24,000 bases of DNA from Acetivibrio thermocellus ATCC 27405 (GTDB lineage: Bacteria > Bacillota > Clostridia > Acetivibrionales > Acetivibrionaceae), in the NCBI RefSeq assembly GCF_000015865.1, contig NC_009012.1, forward strand, positions 1,891,081-1,915,080, read 5' to 3'. The notes beneath the pieces were generated by a model. The model had not been told where the DNA came from, searched no databases, and saw only the letters and a program-made list of their open reading frames with translations. A program made the position numbers and the translations under genes. Shown here piece by piece: positions 7,382 through 16,498 of the stretch (position 1 is its first letter; every line of letters begins with the position of its first letter).

Positions 7382-8443
7382 ATGAAAGGTTTTATAAAAT
7401 TGATCAGTGCAGTCGCTCTGTTTTCCATTTTTATAGGCTTGTTTTCCGGATGTGGCAGGACGAATACGGGAGGTACCCAGGACAACGGGAAAACGGGGAC
7501 ATCTTCAGCAGAATACAAATACGGAAAAATTGATATTCCCGGTAAAGACGGTTCACTTTGCGGTGCACCTATCTATATTGCATATGAAAAGGGCTTTTTC
7601 AAGCAAGAGGGCTTTGATGTCAACCTTATATCGGCAGATACCGAAACCCGTAAAATCGGTTTGAACAACGGTACCATCCCGATTGTCAACGGGGACTTTC
7701 AGTTCTTTCCCTCTATTGAAAACAATGTGAAGGTAAAGGTGGTGGACGGTCTCCACTATGGATGCATAAAACTGATTGTTCCGAAGGATTCACCGATTCA
7801 AGGAGTTCAAGACCTTAGGGGAAAAAAGATCAGCGTTGATGAAATAGGCGGCACTCCCCATCAGGTAGCATCGGTGTGGCTGGAGAAAAACGGAATTTCC
7901 GCAAAGCAGGAGGACGGAGAAGTTACGTTCCTTCCCTTCTCCGACGGAAATCTGGCAGTGGAAGCCCTGAGAAAAGGAGAGGTTGATGTTGCGGCACTGT
8001 GGGATCCCTTCGGCTCTGTTCAGGAAAAAACGGGAAATTACCGTGTAATTCTTGATATTTCCAAGGATGAACCTTTTGCCGGAAAATACTGCTGTTTCCT
8101 TTATGCTTCGGAAAAGCTGCTTGACGAAAAACCAGAACAGGTTGCCGCATTGCTGCGTGCATATAGGGCAGCCCAAAACTGGATTTCGGAAAACCCGGAA
8201 GAAGCCGTCGACATTATAATAAATGGTAAATACGCGCAGATTGAAGACAGAGAATTAGCCATTAAGCTTATCAAGAGCTATCAATACCCTTCTTATGCCG
8301 AACGGGAAAAAAATAAAACACAGGTTCGAGACAATGTTTACTATTTTGCCGAACAATTGAACCAAATTGGATATTTAAAGACGGATCCTGATACTTTCAC
8401 AAAGAATGCTTATGTCGAGGTCGACATCAACCTGGGTTTATAA
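7382..8443 (+). CDS. ABC transporter substrate-binding lipoprotein, NitT/TauT (SsuA/TauA/NMT1-like) family
   Basis: The signal peptide carries the lipobox 'LFSGC'. The periplasmic-binding fold resembles sulfonate/taurine/nitrate binding proteins ('GAPIYIAYEKGFFKQEGFDV', 'AALWDPF'). SsuC-like and SsuB-like genes follow. Confidence 0.85.
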   Translation: MKGFIKLISAVALFSIFIGLFSGCGRTNTGGTQDNGKTGTSSAEYKYGKIDIPGKDGSLCGAPIYIAYEKGFFKQEGFDVNLISADTETRKIGLNNGTIPIVNGDFQFFPSIENNVKVKVVDGLHYGCIKLIVPKDSPIQGVQDLRGKKISVDEIGGTPHQVASVWLEKNGISAKQEDGEVTFLPFSDGNLAVEALRKGEVDVAALWDPFGSVQEKTGNYRVILDISKDEPFAGKYCCFLYASEKLLDEKPEQVAALLRAYRAAQNWISENPEEAVDIIINGKYAQIEDRELAIKLIKSYQYPSYAEREKNKTQVRDNVYYFAEQLNQIGYLKTDPDTFTKNAYVEVDINLGL

Positions 8444-8458
8444 TATTTCCAAAGATTG

Positions 8459-8493
8459 TTTCCGCCCGGTGAACCGGAGGAACCGGGCGGAAA
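8459..8493 (+). promoter_or_regulatory. GC-rich intra-operon hairpin (11-bp perfect stem TTTCCGCCCGG / CCGGGCGGAAA, 13-nt loop)
   Basis: This is read directly from the sequence. It lies between the binding-protein stop and the permease RBS. No U-run follows, so it is more likely an mRNA-stabilising or decoupling element than a full terminator. Confidence 0.5.
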
Positions 8494-8523
8494 TAATAAA
8501 CACCCCACAGGAGGTATTCTGCT

Positions 8524-9591
8524 ATGTACGATTTAGTAAAACTACAAAGCCCAACATCCTCGGAATTAAAAGTAAAGCAACAATATGGAAAACTAAAAAC
8601 GGTTTCGGCCCAAAATTGGAGTACTAATTTTGTACTGACACTGGCAGGGTTTGCTGTAGCCATAGCAGCCAATATTCTGGTGAAGCAAGTGGCAAATGTG
8701 GAAATCAAAACTTATTTTGTTGCAGGAATTCCCTTCACATTTAATTTGCTTTACCGATTGGTCCTGGTAGTAATTATTTTGATTTATGCCGGTATGGGAA
8801 TATTTTCATATTTTGATCCTGTGCGAAGAGAAAAATTTTCCAGGCAGGCTCCCTTTCGTTTCGCTATGGGTCTGGCTATTACAGCTTGGGATATATTAGG
8901 AACAAAGCTTCTTTTATTACCGCAGCCGTTTTTCCCGGGACCGGCAAAAATTCTTGAATCCTTTTTGATTGAAGGAGATTTTATTTTACAAAATACCCTT
9001 TACTCCATTAAACTTTTTTTGGCCGGATTTACTCTGGGTGTGGTGTTTGGGGTGGGTACGGGAATTTTAATCGGTTGGTTTCCAAAGGTATATTATTGGG
9101 TATATCCAATATTAAAGATTACCGGTGTCATTCCTGCCGTAGCGTGGATGCCCTTTGCACTGACGCTTTTCCCGTCTCCGTTTTCAGCAGCTGTTTTTCT
9201 TATTGTAATATGCGCATGGTTTTCCATTGCGGCTCTTACAGCCCAGGGCATACAATCCACCCCAAAGTATCAGTTCGAAGTAGCTCGCACCCTGGGGGCA
9301 AAAACGCCATTTTTAATATTCCATGTTGCAGTGCCTCAGGCCATGCCCCAGATTTTTACCGGTATTTCCAATGCCAATGGTTTTGCTTTTACAACTTTGG
9401 TAATGGCAGAGATGATGGGCCAGCCGGGAGGATTGGGTTACTACATAAATTTAAGCAAGGTGTGGTCTGCCTACTATAAGGTATTTGCCTCCATTCTCGT
9501 TATGGCCCTGCTGTTCAGTCTAATTATGAAAATACTGGGGCTAATACAGGCGAATGTACTCCGGTGGCAGAAAGGATGGGTTAAGGAATGA
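8524..9591 (+). CDS. ABC transporter permease, NitT/TauT (SsuC/TauC-like) family, with an N-terminal extension of about 95 aa
   Basis: The core is a BPD_transp_1-type domain ('FEVARTLGAKTPFLIFHVAVPQAMPQIF' is the EAA-loop region). The N-terminal extension carries two extra hydrophobic helices. An AGGAGG RBS is present. Confidence 0.85.
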   Translation: MYDLVKLQSPTSSELKVKQQYGKLKTVSAQNWSTNFVLTLAGFAVAIAANILVKQVANVEIKTYFVAGIPFTFNLLYRLVLVVIILIYAGMGIFSYFDPVRREKFSRQAPFRFAMGLAITAWDILGTKLLLLPQPFFPGPAKILESFLIEGDFILQNTLYSIKLFLAGFTLGVVFGVGTGILIGWFPKVYYWVYPILKITGVIPAVAWMPFALTLFPSPFSAAVFLIVICAWFSIAALTAQGIQSTPKYQFEVARTLGAKTPFLIFHVAVPQAMPQIFTGISNANGFAFTTLVMAEMMGQPGGLGYYINLSKVWSAYYKVFASILVMALLFSLIMKILGLIQANVLRWQKGWVKE

Positions 9592-10391
9592 GCAAAAACT
9601 TATCGGTAATCAGTGATATTATTTTACATATAGAAAATGTAAATTACACTTATTATGACGACGCCGGAAACCATGTTGAGGTACTTCGGGATATCAATTT
9701 GTCCGTCCGCCGGGGAGAATTCCTTTCCATCATAGGTTCCTCCGGTTGCGGAAAGACGACGCTCTTACGGCTTATAGCAGGTCTTGACAAGCCGGAAACA
9801 GGAACCCTGATTCTTAACGGAGAGCAAATCTCCGGACCAGATCCAGAGCGGGGCTACGTTTTTCAGCATGGAGGTCTTTTTCAATGGCTGACTGTTGAGA
9901 AAAATATCGCAACCGGACTTAAGGCACGCCATGTTTATAGGGAGAATAAACACCGTATTGCCCATTATATAGACCTGATTGGACTTAAGGGGTTTGAAAA
10001 ATGTTACCCGCATCAGTTAAGCGGAGGTATGGCTCAGAGAGTTGCTATTGCCAGGGCATTGATCAATAATCCAAAGGTACTGCTTCTTGATGAACCCATG
10101 AGTGCCTTAGATTCCTTTACCCGTTCCGATATTCAGGATAAATTGCTTGAGCTTCATAAAGAAAATAAAACGACAATGATTCTGGTAACCCACGATGTGG
10201 ACGAAGCAATCTATCTTTCCGACCGTATTGTGGTTATGACTCCGCGGCCCGGAAAAATCAGTGAGATCATGGAGATTAATCTCCCACATCCTCGGCATCG
10301 TGGAGGAACCGAATTTCTTTCCCTTCGACGGAATATATTAGAAAAACTGCATCTGGCAAGTGCGCTGCCACAGCCGGAATATACCATATAG
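9588..10391 (+). CDS. ABC transporter ATP-binding protein, NitT/TauT (SsuB/TauB-like) family
   Basis: Walker A 'GSSGCGKTT', signature 'LSGGMAQR' and Walker B 'LLLDEP' are present. A 4-nt ATGA overlap joins it to the permease gene. Confidence 0.9.
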   Translation: MSKNLSVISDIILHIENVNYTYYDDAGNHVEVLRDINLSVRRGEFLSIIGSSGCGKTTLLRLIAGLDKPETGTLILNGEQISGPDPERGYVFQHGGLFQWLTVEKNIATGLKARHVYRENKHRIAHYIDLIGLKGFEKCYPHQLSGGMAQRVAIARALINNPKVLLLDEPMSALDSFTRSDIQDKLLELHKENKTTMILVTHDVDEAIYLSDRIVVMTPRPGKISEIMEINLPHPRHRGGTEFLSLRRNILEKLHLASALPQPEYTI

Positions 10392-10405
10392 ATTACGGAG
10401 GTTAG

Positions 10406-11266
<861 letters not shown>

Positions 11267-11331
11267 TTGGAGCGGTCGGCAGTTTCTGTTGACCGCTTTA
11301 CTTAGCGAAATTTCACGAACTGAAATGAACA

Positions 11332-11376
11332 AAAAGCGATGGGGGCTCGATGCCCTCGGAGCTTTTGTTTATTTTT
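11332..11376 (+). terminator. Rho-independent terminator closing the nif-like/sulfur block
   Basis: It is a two-part stem, AAAAGC..GCTTTT enclosing GGGGGC-TCGAT-GCCCTC, followed by TTTTGTTTATTTTT. A weaker 7-bp hairpin (AGCGGTC..GACCGCT, 11271-11297) precedes it. Confidence 0.7.
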
Positions 11377-11573
11377 AGCATTCATTCTGAGACATTTTAT
11401 CCTCTTCCAGCTCAAATGTAAGACCAAGAAACTTAAAAACTTCAATAATACACTATTCAAATGCACTTAAATAAGAACCTGTAACAAATCCCATAAATAG
11501 TCCCAAGCATGGCAGTGTAAAAATCTGTATACTAATACCCTGAAATTGAAAATCAGAGTTTGAGCCAAAAACA

Positions 11574-11606
11574 AAAGCCACCGGGACATCCGGCGGCAAA
11601 ATAAGA
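11574..11606 (-). terminator. Rho-independent terminator of the minus-strand hypothetical gene
   Basis: On the minus-strand RNA the hairpin GCCGCCGG-AUGUC-CCGGUGGC is followed by UUUUGUUUUUGG. It starts 12 nt after the stop at 11618. Confidence 0.65.
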
Positions 11607-11617
11607 ATGAATAACCC

Positions 11618-12361
11618 CTAATCAAACACAATCTCAGCCTTTGCCATCGGAATGGCACTTTCCATAACTATTTTAAGCGCCAGTGAAGGGTCTATGACAT
11701 CCTTCCCCTGAAGCAGTCCATCCTGTATCGCCAATCCAAATAAAACCGGCCACTCACGCGGGGAAGCGCAATACTTCTCAATACGGGGGAGGAACAACGG
11801 CCAAAAAGCCTTGACAAAATTGATCGGAACGTCTGCCGTCCGGTGTCCCTCTGGAATCCTTGGAATGCCGTAGTTCTCGGTACCGACCGTGGCAGAGACA
11901 TATTTGAAAATCTCAAGGATGTCAAAATCAATATTCACACCCATGTGCTGCACTATGCCGGCAGCCAGGGACCATACAGAATATTGATTTTCAAACAGCG
12001 GCTTGTTTATAAGGTCGCCAAAAAAGTACCTCTTGCCGTTTTTCGCCTGTATGACCGTAAACACCTGTTCTTCACTCAGTCCTCTGATCTCAACGAATTC
12101 TTTCCTCAGGCTCGCCTGGCATGAATAACCCGCAAGGGCTCCCAGTGCGCATATAAGAGTCTCAATATGTACACCTCTTGAATCCCTGACAGCATTCAAT
12201 AAAGTGTTGAAAATTTCTTTAGCACCCAGTTTGGCGCCTATCAACGGGTCTTCCTTTCTCCTCTCATTAATCTGGCGGAAAAATATATCATCTATTCTTT
12301 CGTAATCACTCCCGCTCTCAGCATTGCTTTCATTCTTTTTTTCTTTCCCATCATTCATCAT
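11618..12361 (-). CDS. Hypothetical protein (247 aa), no family recognised
   Basis: This long ORF has protein-like composition. ATG 12361 lies 6 nt after AGGAG, which I prefer to the ORF-track start 12409. The gene has its own promoter and terminator. I recognise no motif. Confidence 0.7.
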   Translation of the reverse strand: MMNDGKEKKNESNAESGSDYERIDDIFFRQINERRKEDPLIGAKLGAKEIFNTLLNAVRDSRGVHIETLICALGALAGYSCQASLRKEFVEIRGLSEEQVFTVIQAKNGKRYFFGDLINKPLFENQYSVWSLAAGIVQHMGVNIDFDILEIFKYVSATVGTENYGIPRIPEGHRTADVPINFVKAFWPLFLPRIEKYCASPREWPVLFGLAIQDGLLQGKDVIDPSLALKIVMESAIPMAKAEIVFD

Positions 12362-12619
12362 TTTCACTCCTGATATTTGAAATTGGTTTTTTGTAATCTT
12401 TTTATTCAACCAAAAAATTCCCTTTCCTGGCTATATAGCTACGAGTTTCCCGGATTAATGTTTATCAGTCTATATCTGAACTATCATCTAATTCTTTCAG
12501 TAATTCTTCAGGTGTTTTATTTCCTTCTTCAAAATCTTTTTCTATTCTTGTTATTTTCTTCTCCATTTTTTCGATAAATTCATCCTCAAATTGTATATTT
12601 TTGCATTCTTTTTTTAAAC

Positions 12620-12648
12620 ATTATATACTAACAATTTATAAGTATCAA
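12620..12648 (-). promoter_or_regulatory. Consensus sigma-A promoter on the minus strand: TTGATA, 17-nt spacer, TATAAT
   Basis: The reverse complement reads TTGATA (12648-12643), CTTATAAATTGTTAGTA (17 nt), TATAAT (12625-12620). It points toward the 11618-12361 gene and leaves a leader of about 250 nt. Confidence 0.6.
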
Positions 12649-13036
12649 TAAGCATATTGTTTAGCCTTTTGCAAAAATGTAATTACATTATATTACCTGT
12701 ACAATATTCACATACTATAAGTTATCATAATATCAGAGCATTTACTTTAGAAAGGCTCCGGTATTATGAGCAGAAGAAAACATGAAGCAAGTGGAAAAAT
12801 TAATTCACGTGGAGGACTTAATTAAAGCTTCATATCAGGATTGTAAAAATGCAAAACTTTATTGCAGGTCCTAAAGCTTATATAAATACATCTGTTCTTT
12901 TGCCAATAATTTCCTCAGAAGGAGGAAAATGATCCCCAGGTGCACGATACCGAATTGGCACCGGCCGCTGCGGTTGATGCCATTCGTGAACTTATTCGTG
13001 AAGATGAAACTCAATCAAAAGAAAGGAGGTGAAAAA

Positions 13037-13747
13037 ATGAGCAGAGTGCCCACTGCGCACAACGCAGCGGTGGAAGGACAAATTGCAAAAACGGTTTTGA
13101 TGCCCGGTGATCCACTTCGTGCAAAATTTATTGCCGAAACCTATCTGGAAAATGTCACTTGTTTTAATACAGTGCGCAATATGTTAGGTTTTACCGGCAC
13201 CTATCAGGGAAAGCCGGTGTCTGTTATGGGTCACGGGATGGGTATTCCCTCTATCGGTATTTATTCATACGAGCTTTTCAATTTCTACGATGTGGACAAT
13301 ATCATCCGCATAGGCTCGGCCGGTGCCTTAAGCGACGATCTGGATCTAAAAGATCTCGTTATCGCCATGGGAGCCTGCACCGACTCCAATTACGCCAACC
13401 AATACCAGCTCCCCGGAACGTTTGCACCTATTGCCAGCTACACGCTGATGCAAAAAGCCATTGAGGAAGCACAGAAAAAAGGAATCAGCGTCGCCATCGG
13501 CAATGTTCTTTCCACGGATGTGTTTTACAACGCCAATAAAGGCGCTAACGATGCCTGGAAAAGCATGGGCGTGTTGTGTATCGAAATGGAAGCGGCAGCT
13601 TTATACATGAATGCGGCCCAGGCAGGAAAAAATGCTTTGTGTATCCTGTCCATCTCCGACCACATCTACAAAGGTACAGAACTGTCGGCTCAGGAACGCC
13701 AGCTCGGTTTCAAAAATATGATTGAAGTCGCCCTTGGAATTATCTAA
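13037..13747 (+). CDS. deoD: Purine nucleoside phosphorylase, DeoD type (hexameric PNP-I family)
   Basis: Motifs 'VLMPGDPLRAKFIAE', 'GHGMGIPS', 'RIGSAGA' and 'IEMEAAALY' are present, and the length is 236 aa. ATG 13037 follows AAAGGAGG; the ORF-track start 12929 is an unsupported extension. Confidence 0.92.
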   Translation: MSRVPTAHNAAVEGQIAKTVLMPGDPLRAKFIAETYLENVTCFNTVRNMLGFTGTYQGKPVSVMGHGMGIPSIGIYSYELFNFYDVDNIIRIGSAGALSDDLDLKDLVIAMGACTDSNYANQYQLPGTFAPIASYTLMQKAIEEAQKKGISVAIGNVLSTDVFYNANKGANDAWKSMGVLCIEMEAAALYMNAAQAGKNALCILSISDHIYKGTELSAQERQLGFKNMIEVALGII

Positions 13748-13759
13748 CAAATAATTTGG

Positions 13760-13782
13760 TTTCAACATTAAATATGTTGAAA
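13760..13782. promoter_or_regulatory. Perfect 9-bp inverted repeat TTTCAACAT-TAAAT-ATGTTGAAA (candidate operator or weak hairpin)
   Basis: This is read directly from the sequence. It sits in the 82-nt gap between deoD and the BMP lipoprotein gene, and no U-run follows it. Confidence 0.35.
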
Positions 13783-13829
13783 ATGAGAAAAATAAATTAA
13801 ACAAAATATATTGAAAAGGAGATAAGAAC

Positions 13830-14897
13830 ATGAAAAAATTTCTGGCATTACTATTATCCGTTATAATAGTCTTTTCCCTGACTGCATGTGGCGGAAAAAA
13901 TTCCGGCAACAACAGCAATAACAGCAGTAATAACAACAGCAGCAACAATACCGGGGGCAAGAAGATTAAGATTGGTATGGTTACCGATGTTGGCGGTGTA
14001 AACGACGGCTCATTCAACCAGTCTGCCTGGGAAGGTCTGCAGCGCGCTCAAAAAGAACTTGGTGTAGAAGTTCGCTATGCCGAATCTGCAACCGATGCCG
14101 ACTATGCTCCCAACATTGAGGCTTTCATTGATGAAGGCTATGACCTCATCATCTGTGTAGGATACATGCTGGCTGATGCCACCAGAAAAGCAGCTGAAGC
14201 CAATCCAAATCAGAAATTTGCCATCATTGACGATGCTTCCATCGATTTGCCCAACGTTACCTGCCTGATGTTCGAGCAGAGCCAGGCTTCCTACCTGGTT
14301 GGCCTTGTTGCCGGTAAAATGACCAAAACAAACAAAGTAGGATTTGTTGTCGGTATGGTCAGCCAGACCATGAACGAATTCGGTTACGGGTATCTTGCCG
14401 GCGTGAAAGATGCCAACCCCAATGCTACTATCCTGCAGTTCAACGCTAACTCTTTCAGCAGCACCGAAACCGGTAAATCCGCTGCTACCACAATGATCAC
14501 CAACGGCGCGGATGTAATCTTCCACGCAGCTGGCGGAACGGGCTTAGGCGTAATCGAAGGCTGTAAAGACGCAGGCAAATGGGCAATCGGTGTAGACAGC
14601 GACCAGTCCCCGCTTGCTCCTGAAAACATTCTGACCTCTGCTATGAAACGCGTTGACAATGCATGCTTTGATATTGCCAAAGCCGTAAAGGAAGGCAATG
14701 TTAAGCCTGGCATCATCACGTATGACTTAAAGTCCGCAGGTGTAGACATCGCTCCTACCACCACCAACCTGCCAAAGGAAGTTCTCGATTATGTAAACCA
14801 AGCTAAGCAGGACATCATCAACGGTAAAATTACCGTTCCGAAGACCAAGGCTGAGTTTGAAGCAAAATACGGCAACATATACGAATTAGACGACTAA
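13830..14897 (+). CDS. BMP-family (PnrA/TmpC/Med-like) ABC transporter nucleoside-binding lipoprotein
   Basis: The lipobox is 'LTAC', followed by an Asn/Ser-rich linker. 'KIGMVTDVGGVNDGSFNQSAWEGL' and 'GVDSDQ' are hallmarks of the basic-membrane-protein family. Cognate ATPase and permease genes lie downstream. Confidence 0.9.
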   Translation: MKKFLALLLSVIIVFSLTACGGKNSGNNSNNSSNNNSSNNTGGKKIKIGMVTDVGGVNDGSFNQSAWEGLQRAQKELGVEVRYAESATDADYAPNIEAFIDEGYDLIICVGYMLADATRKAAEANPNQKFAIIDDASIDLPNVTCLMFEQSQASYLVGLVAGKMTKTNKVGFVVGMVSQTMNEFGYGYLAGVKDANPNATILQFNANSFSSTETGKSAATTMITNGADVIFHAAGGTGLGVIEGCKDAGKWAIGVDSDQSPLAPENILTSAMKRVDNACFDIAKAVKEGNVKPGIITYDLKSAGVDIAPTTTNLPKEVLDYVNQAKQDIINGKITVPKTKAEFEAKYGNIYELDD

Positions 14898-14951
14898 TTT
14901 TAACGATTTGAGCAAAATAACCTTGATTATCCAAGGAAGGGTGGCGAACAA

Positions 14952-16496
14952 TTGAGAGACATTTCCATGGAGCGCGTGAATGAAACGCGCAAGAAAATAC
15001 TGGATATCATCAAAAGCCCGATACTAACTCACGAGCAAAAGGTTGCTTCACTGACCAATACTGCCGATTCTCTGCTGGAAGTATTGGATTTGCCGCAGGG
15101 GCTGGACGAGCTGATGAATGTCCCGGCAGACAGAAAATGCATCTGCGACCTGAATGAGGGACACGCTCCGCTTCGTCCCCGATATATCATTCCCGACTAT
15201 GCCAAATTCATGAAGGAAGGCAGCCGGTTTCTGCAGCTTGCGCCACCGACCGACTTATATGAAGCGCTTAATTCTCTGCTGATTTTCTACAAGCATGTTC
15301 CAAGCGTAACCAACTTCCCGGTATATCTGGGACAGTTGGATACGCTGCTGGAACCTTTTATGCAAGACGTTGACGACACTACGGCCAAAAAACTTCTGCG
15401 AGGCTTTTTGGTGCACGTGGACCGTACTATTCTTGACTCCTTCTCCCATGCAAATATCGGTCCCAAGCCCACACGGACCGGCCGCTTGCTGCTTGAGGTG
15501 GAGGCAGAGCTTACGCAGGCCGTTCCCAATCTGACCTTAAAATACGAAGAAGGCGTAACCGATGACGACTTCGCCATTCAGGCTGTCAAGACAGCCCTGC
15601 GTTCGGCCAAGCCCAGCTTTGCCAACCACCGCATGTTTACGCAGGAACTTGGTGAGAATTATGTCATTGCCAGCTGCTATAACGGATTGCCGCTGGGCGG
15701 CGGATCATACACCCTTTGCCGCCTGATTTTGGGCAACATTGCAAAACGCGCGGGCGGAATTGAAGATTTCAGGACCAACCAGCTGCCCTATGTTATGGAC
15801 ATCATGGCACGTTACATGGACTCCCGTATCCGCTTTGAAGTCGAAGAAAGCGGCTTCTTTGAAAATAACTTCCTGGCCAGGGAAGGCTTTATCAGCCGCA
15901 AACGCTTCACTGCCATGTTTGGCCTGGTGGGTCTGGCGGAATGTGTAAATATCCTGCTGGAAAAAGAGGGCCGTCCCGGCCGCTTTGGCCACGATGAGTA
16001 CGCTACCGAGCTTGGTGAATCCATCATCAAGCAGATATATGAATTCAGTGAGAAACACCATAACCCCTACTGCGAAATAACCGGCGGTCATTTTCTGCTT
16101 CATGCGCAAGTAGGAATTTCAGAAGATCAAAATATCTCGCCGGGTACCCGTATCCCCATAGGAGAGGAACCCGACGAAATGATTGATCACCTCATGGTTG
16201 TCAATCATTTCCATAAATATTTTCCATCCGGAACGGGCGACATTTTCCCTATTGATGTTACTGTTCACCAAAATCCCGAATACGTGCTGGACATCGTCAA
16301 AGGCTCCTTCCGCAAGGAATTGCGCTATCTGTCCTTCTATGAGAAGAACAGCGATGTTATCCGTATCACGGGCTACCTGGTCAAACGGTCGGAAATCGAA
16401 AAGCTGAAAAGCGGTCAGAATGTGCTGCAGGACACCACCGCTTTGGGAATGGGCGCCGTCATGAATGGAAAGATTTTGGATAGAAAGGTGCGCTGA
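14952..16496 (+). CDS. yjjI: YjjI-family glycyl-radical enzyme homolog (short GRE of about 510 aa; function unknown)
   Basis: About 514 aa. A C-terminal glycyl-radical-type motif 'VIRITGYLV' matches the RVxG[FWY] pattern. A candidate Cys loop is 'VIASCYNG'. A GRE activase gene follows immediately. The start is TTG 14952, 7-8 nt after GGAAGGGTGG; ATG 14967 is the alternative. Confidence 0.8.
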   Translation: MRDISMERVNETRKKILDIIKSPILTHEQKVASLTNTADSLLEVLDLPQGLDELMNVPADRKCICDLNEGHAPLRPRYIIPDYAKFMKEGSRFLQLAPPTDLYEALNSLLIFYKHVPSVTNFPVYLGQLDTLLEPFMQDVDDTTAKKLLRGFLVHVDRTILDSFSHANIGPKPTRTGRLLLEVEAELTQAVPNLTLKYEEGVTDDDFAIQAVKTALRSAKPSFANHRMFTQELGENYVIASCYNGLPLGGGSYTLCRLILGNIAKRAGGIEDFRTNQLPYVMDIMARYMDSRIRFEVEESGFFENNFLAREGFISRKRFTAMFGLVGLAECVNILLEKEGRPGRFGHDEYATELGESIIKQIYEFSEKHHNPYCEITGGHFLLHAQVGISEDQNISPGTRIPIGEEPDEMIDHLMVVNHFHKYFPSGTGDIFPIDVTVHQNPEYVLDIVKGSFRKELRYLSFYEKNSDVIRITGYLVKRSEIEKLKSGQNVLQDTTALGMGAVMNGKILDRKVR

Positions 16497-16498
16497 TT

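Noticed and set aside
11467-11658. A minus-strand 63-aa ORF
   Set aside because: It spans the terminator and stop region of the 11618-12361 gene, has no RBS, and has implausible composition.
12377-12577. A plus-strand 66-aa Phe/Leu-rich ORF
   Set aside because: It is low-complexity and sits in the leader of the minus-strand transcription unit. It has no RBS and is antisense to the acidic mini-ORF.
12580-13036. A purine or 2'-deoxyguanosine riboswitch upstream of deoD
   Set aside because: I could not recognise a three-way-junction core with the conserved loop-loop sequences. The region looks more like promoter DNA plus gene debris.
12929-13036. The N-terminal extension of the deoD ORF (MIPRCTIPNWHRPL...)
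   Set aside because: It resembles no PNP N-terminus. A strong RBS precedes ATG 13037, where the conserved DeoD sequence begins.
11380-13036. A mobile or horizontally acquired islet between the two operons
   Set aside because: I found no integrase, transposase, flanking inverted or direct repeats, or tRNA. The only evidence is an orphan gene and AT-rich spacers, which is insufficient.
13601-14767. Minus-strand ORFs of 138, 171 and 127 aa, including a poly-Leu stretch
   Set aside because: They are antisense to the deoD 3' end and the BMP lipoprotein gene. The poly-Leu run is simply the complement of the Asn/Ser codon repeat.
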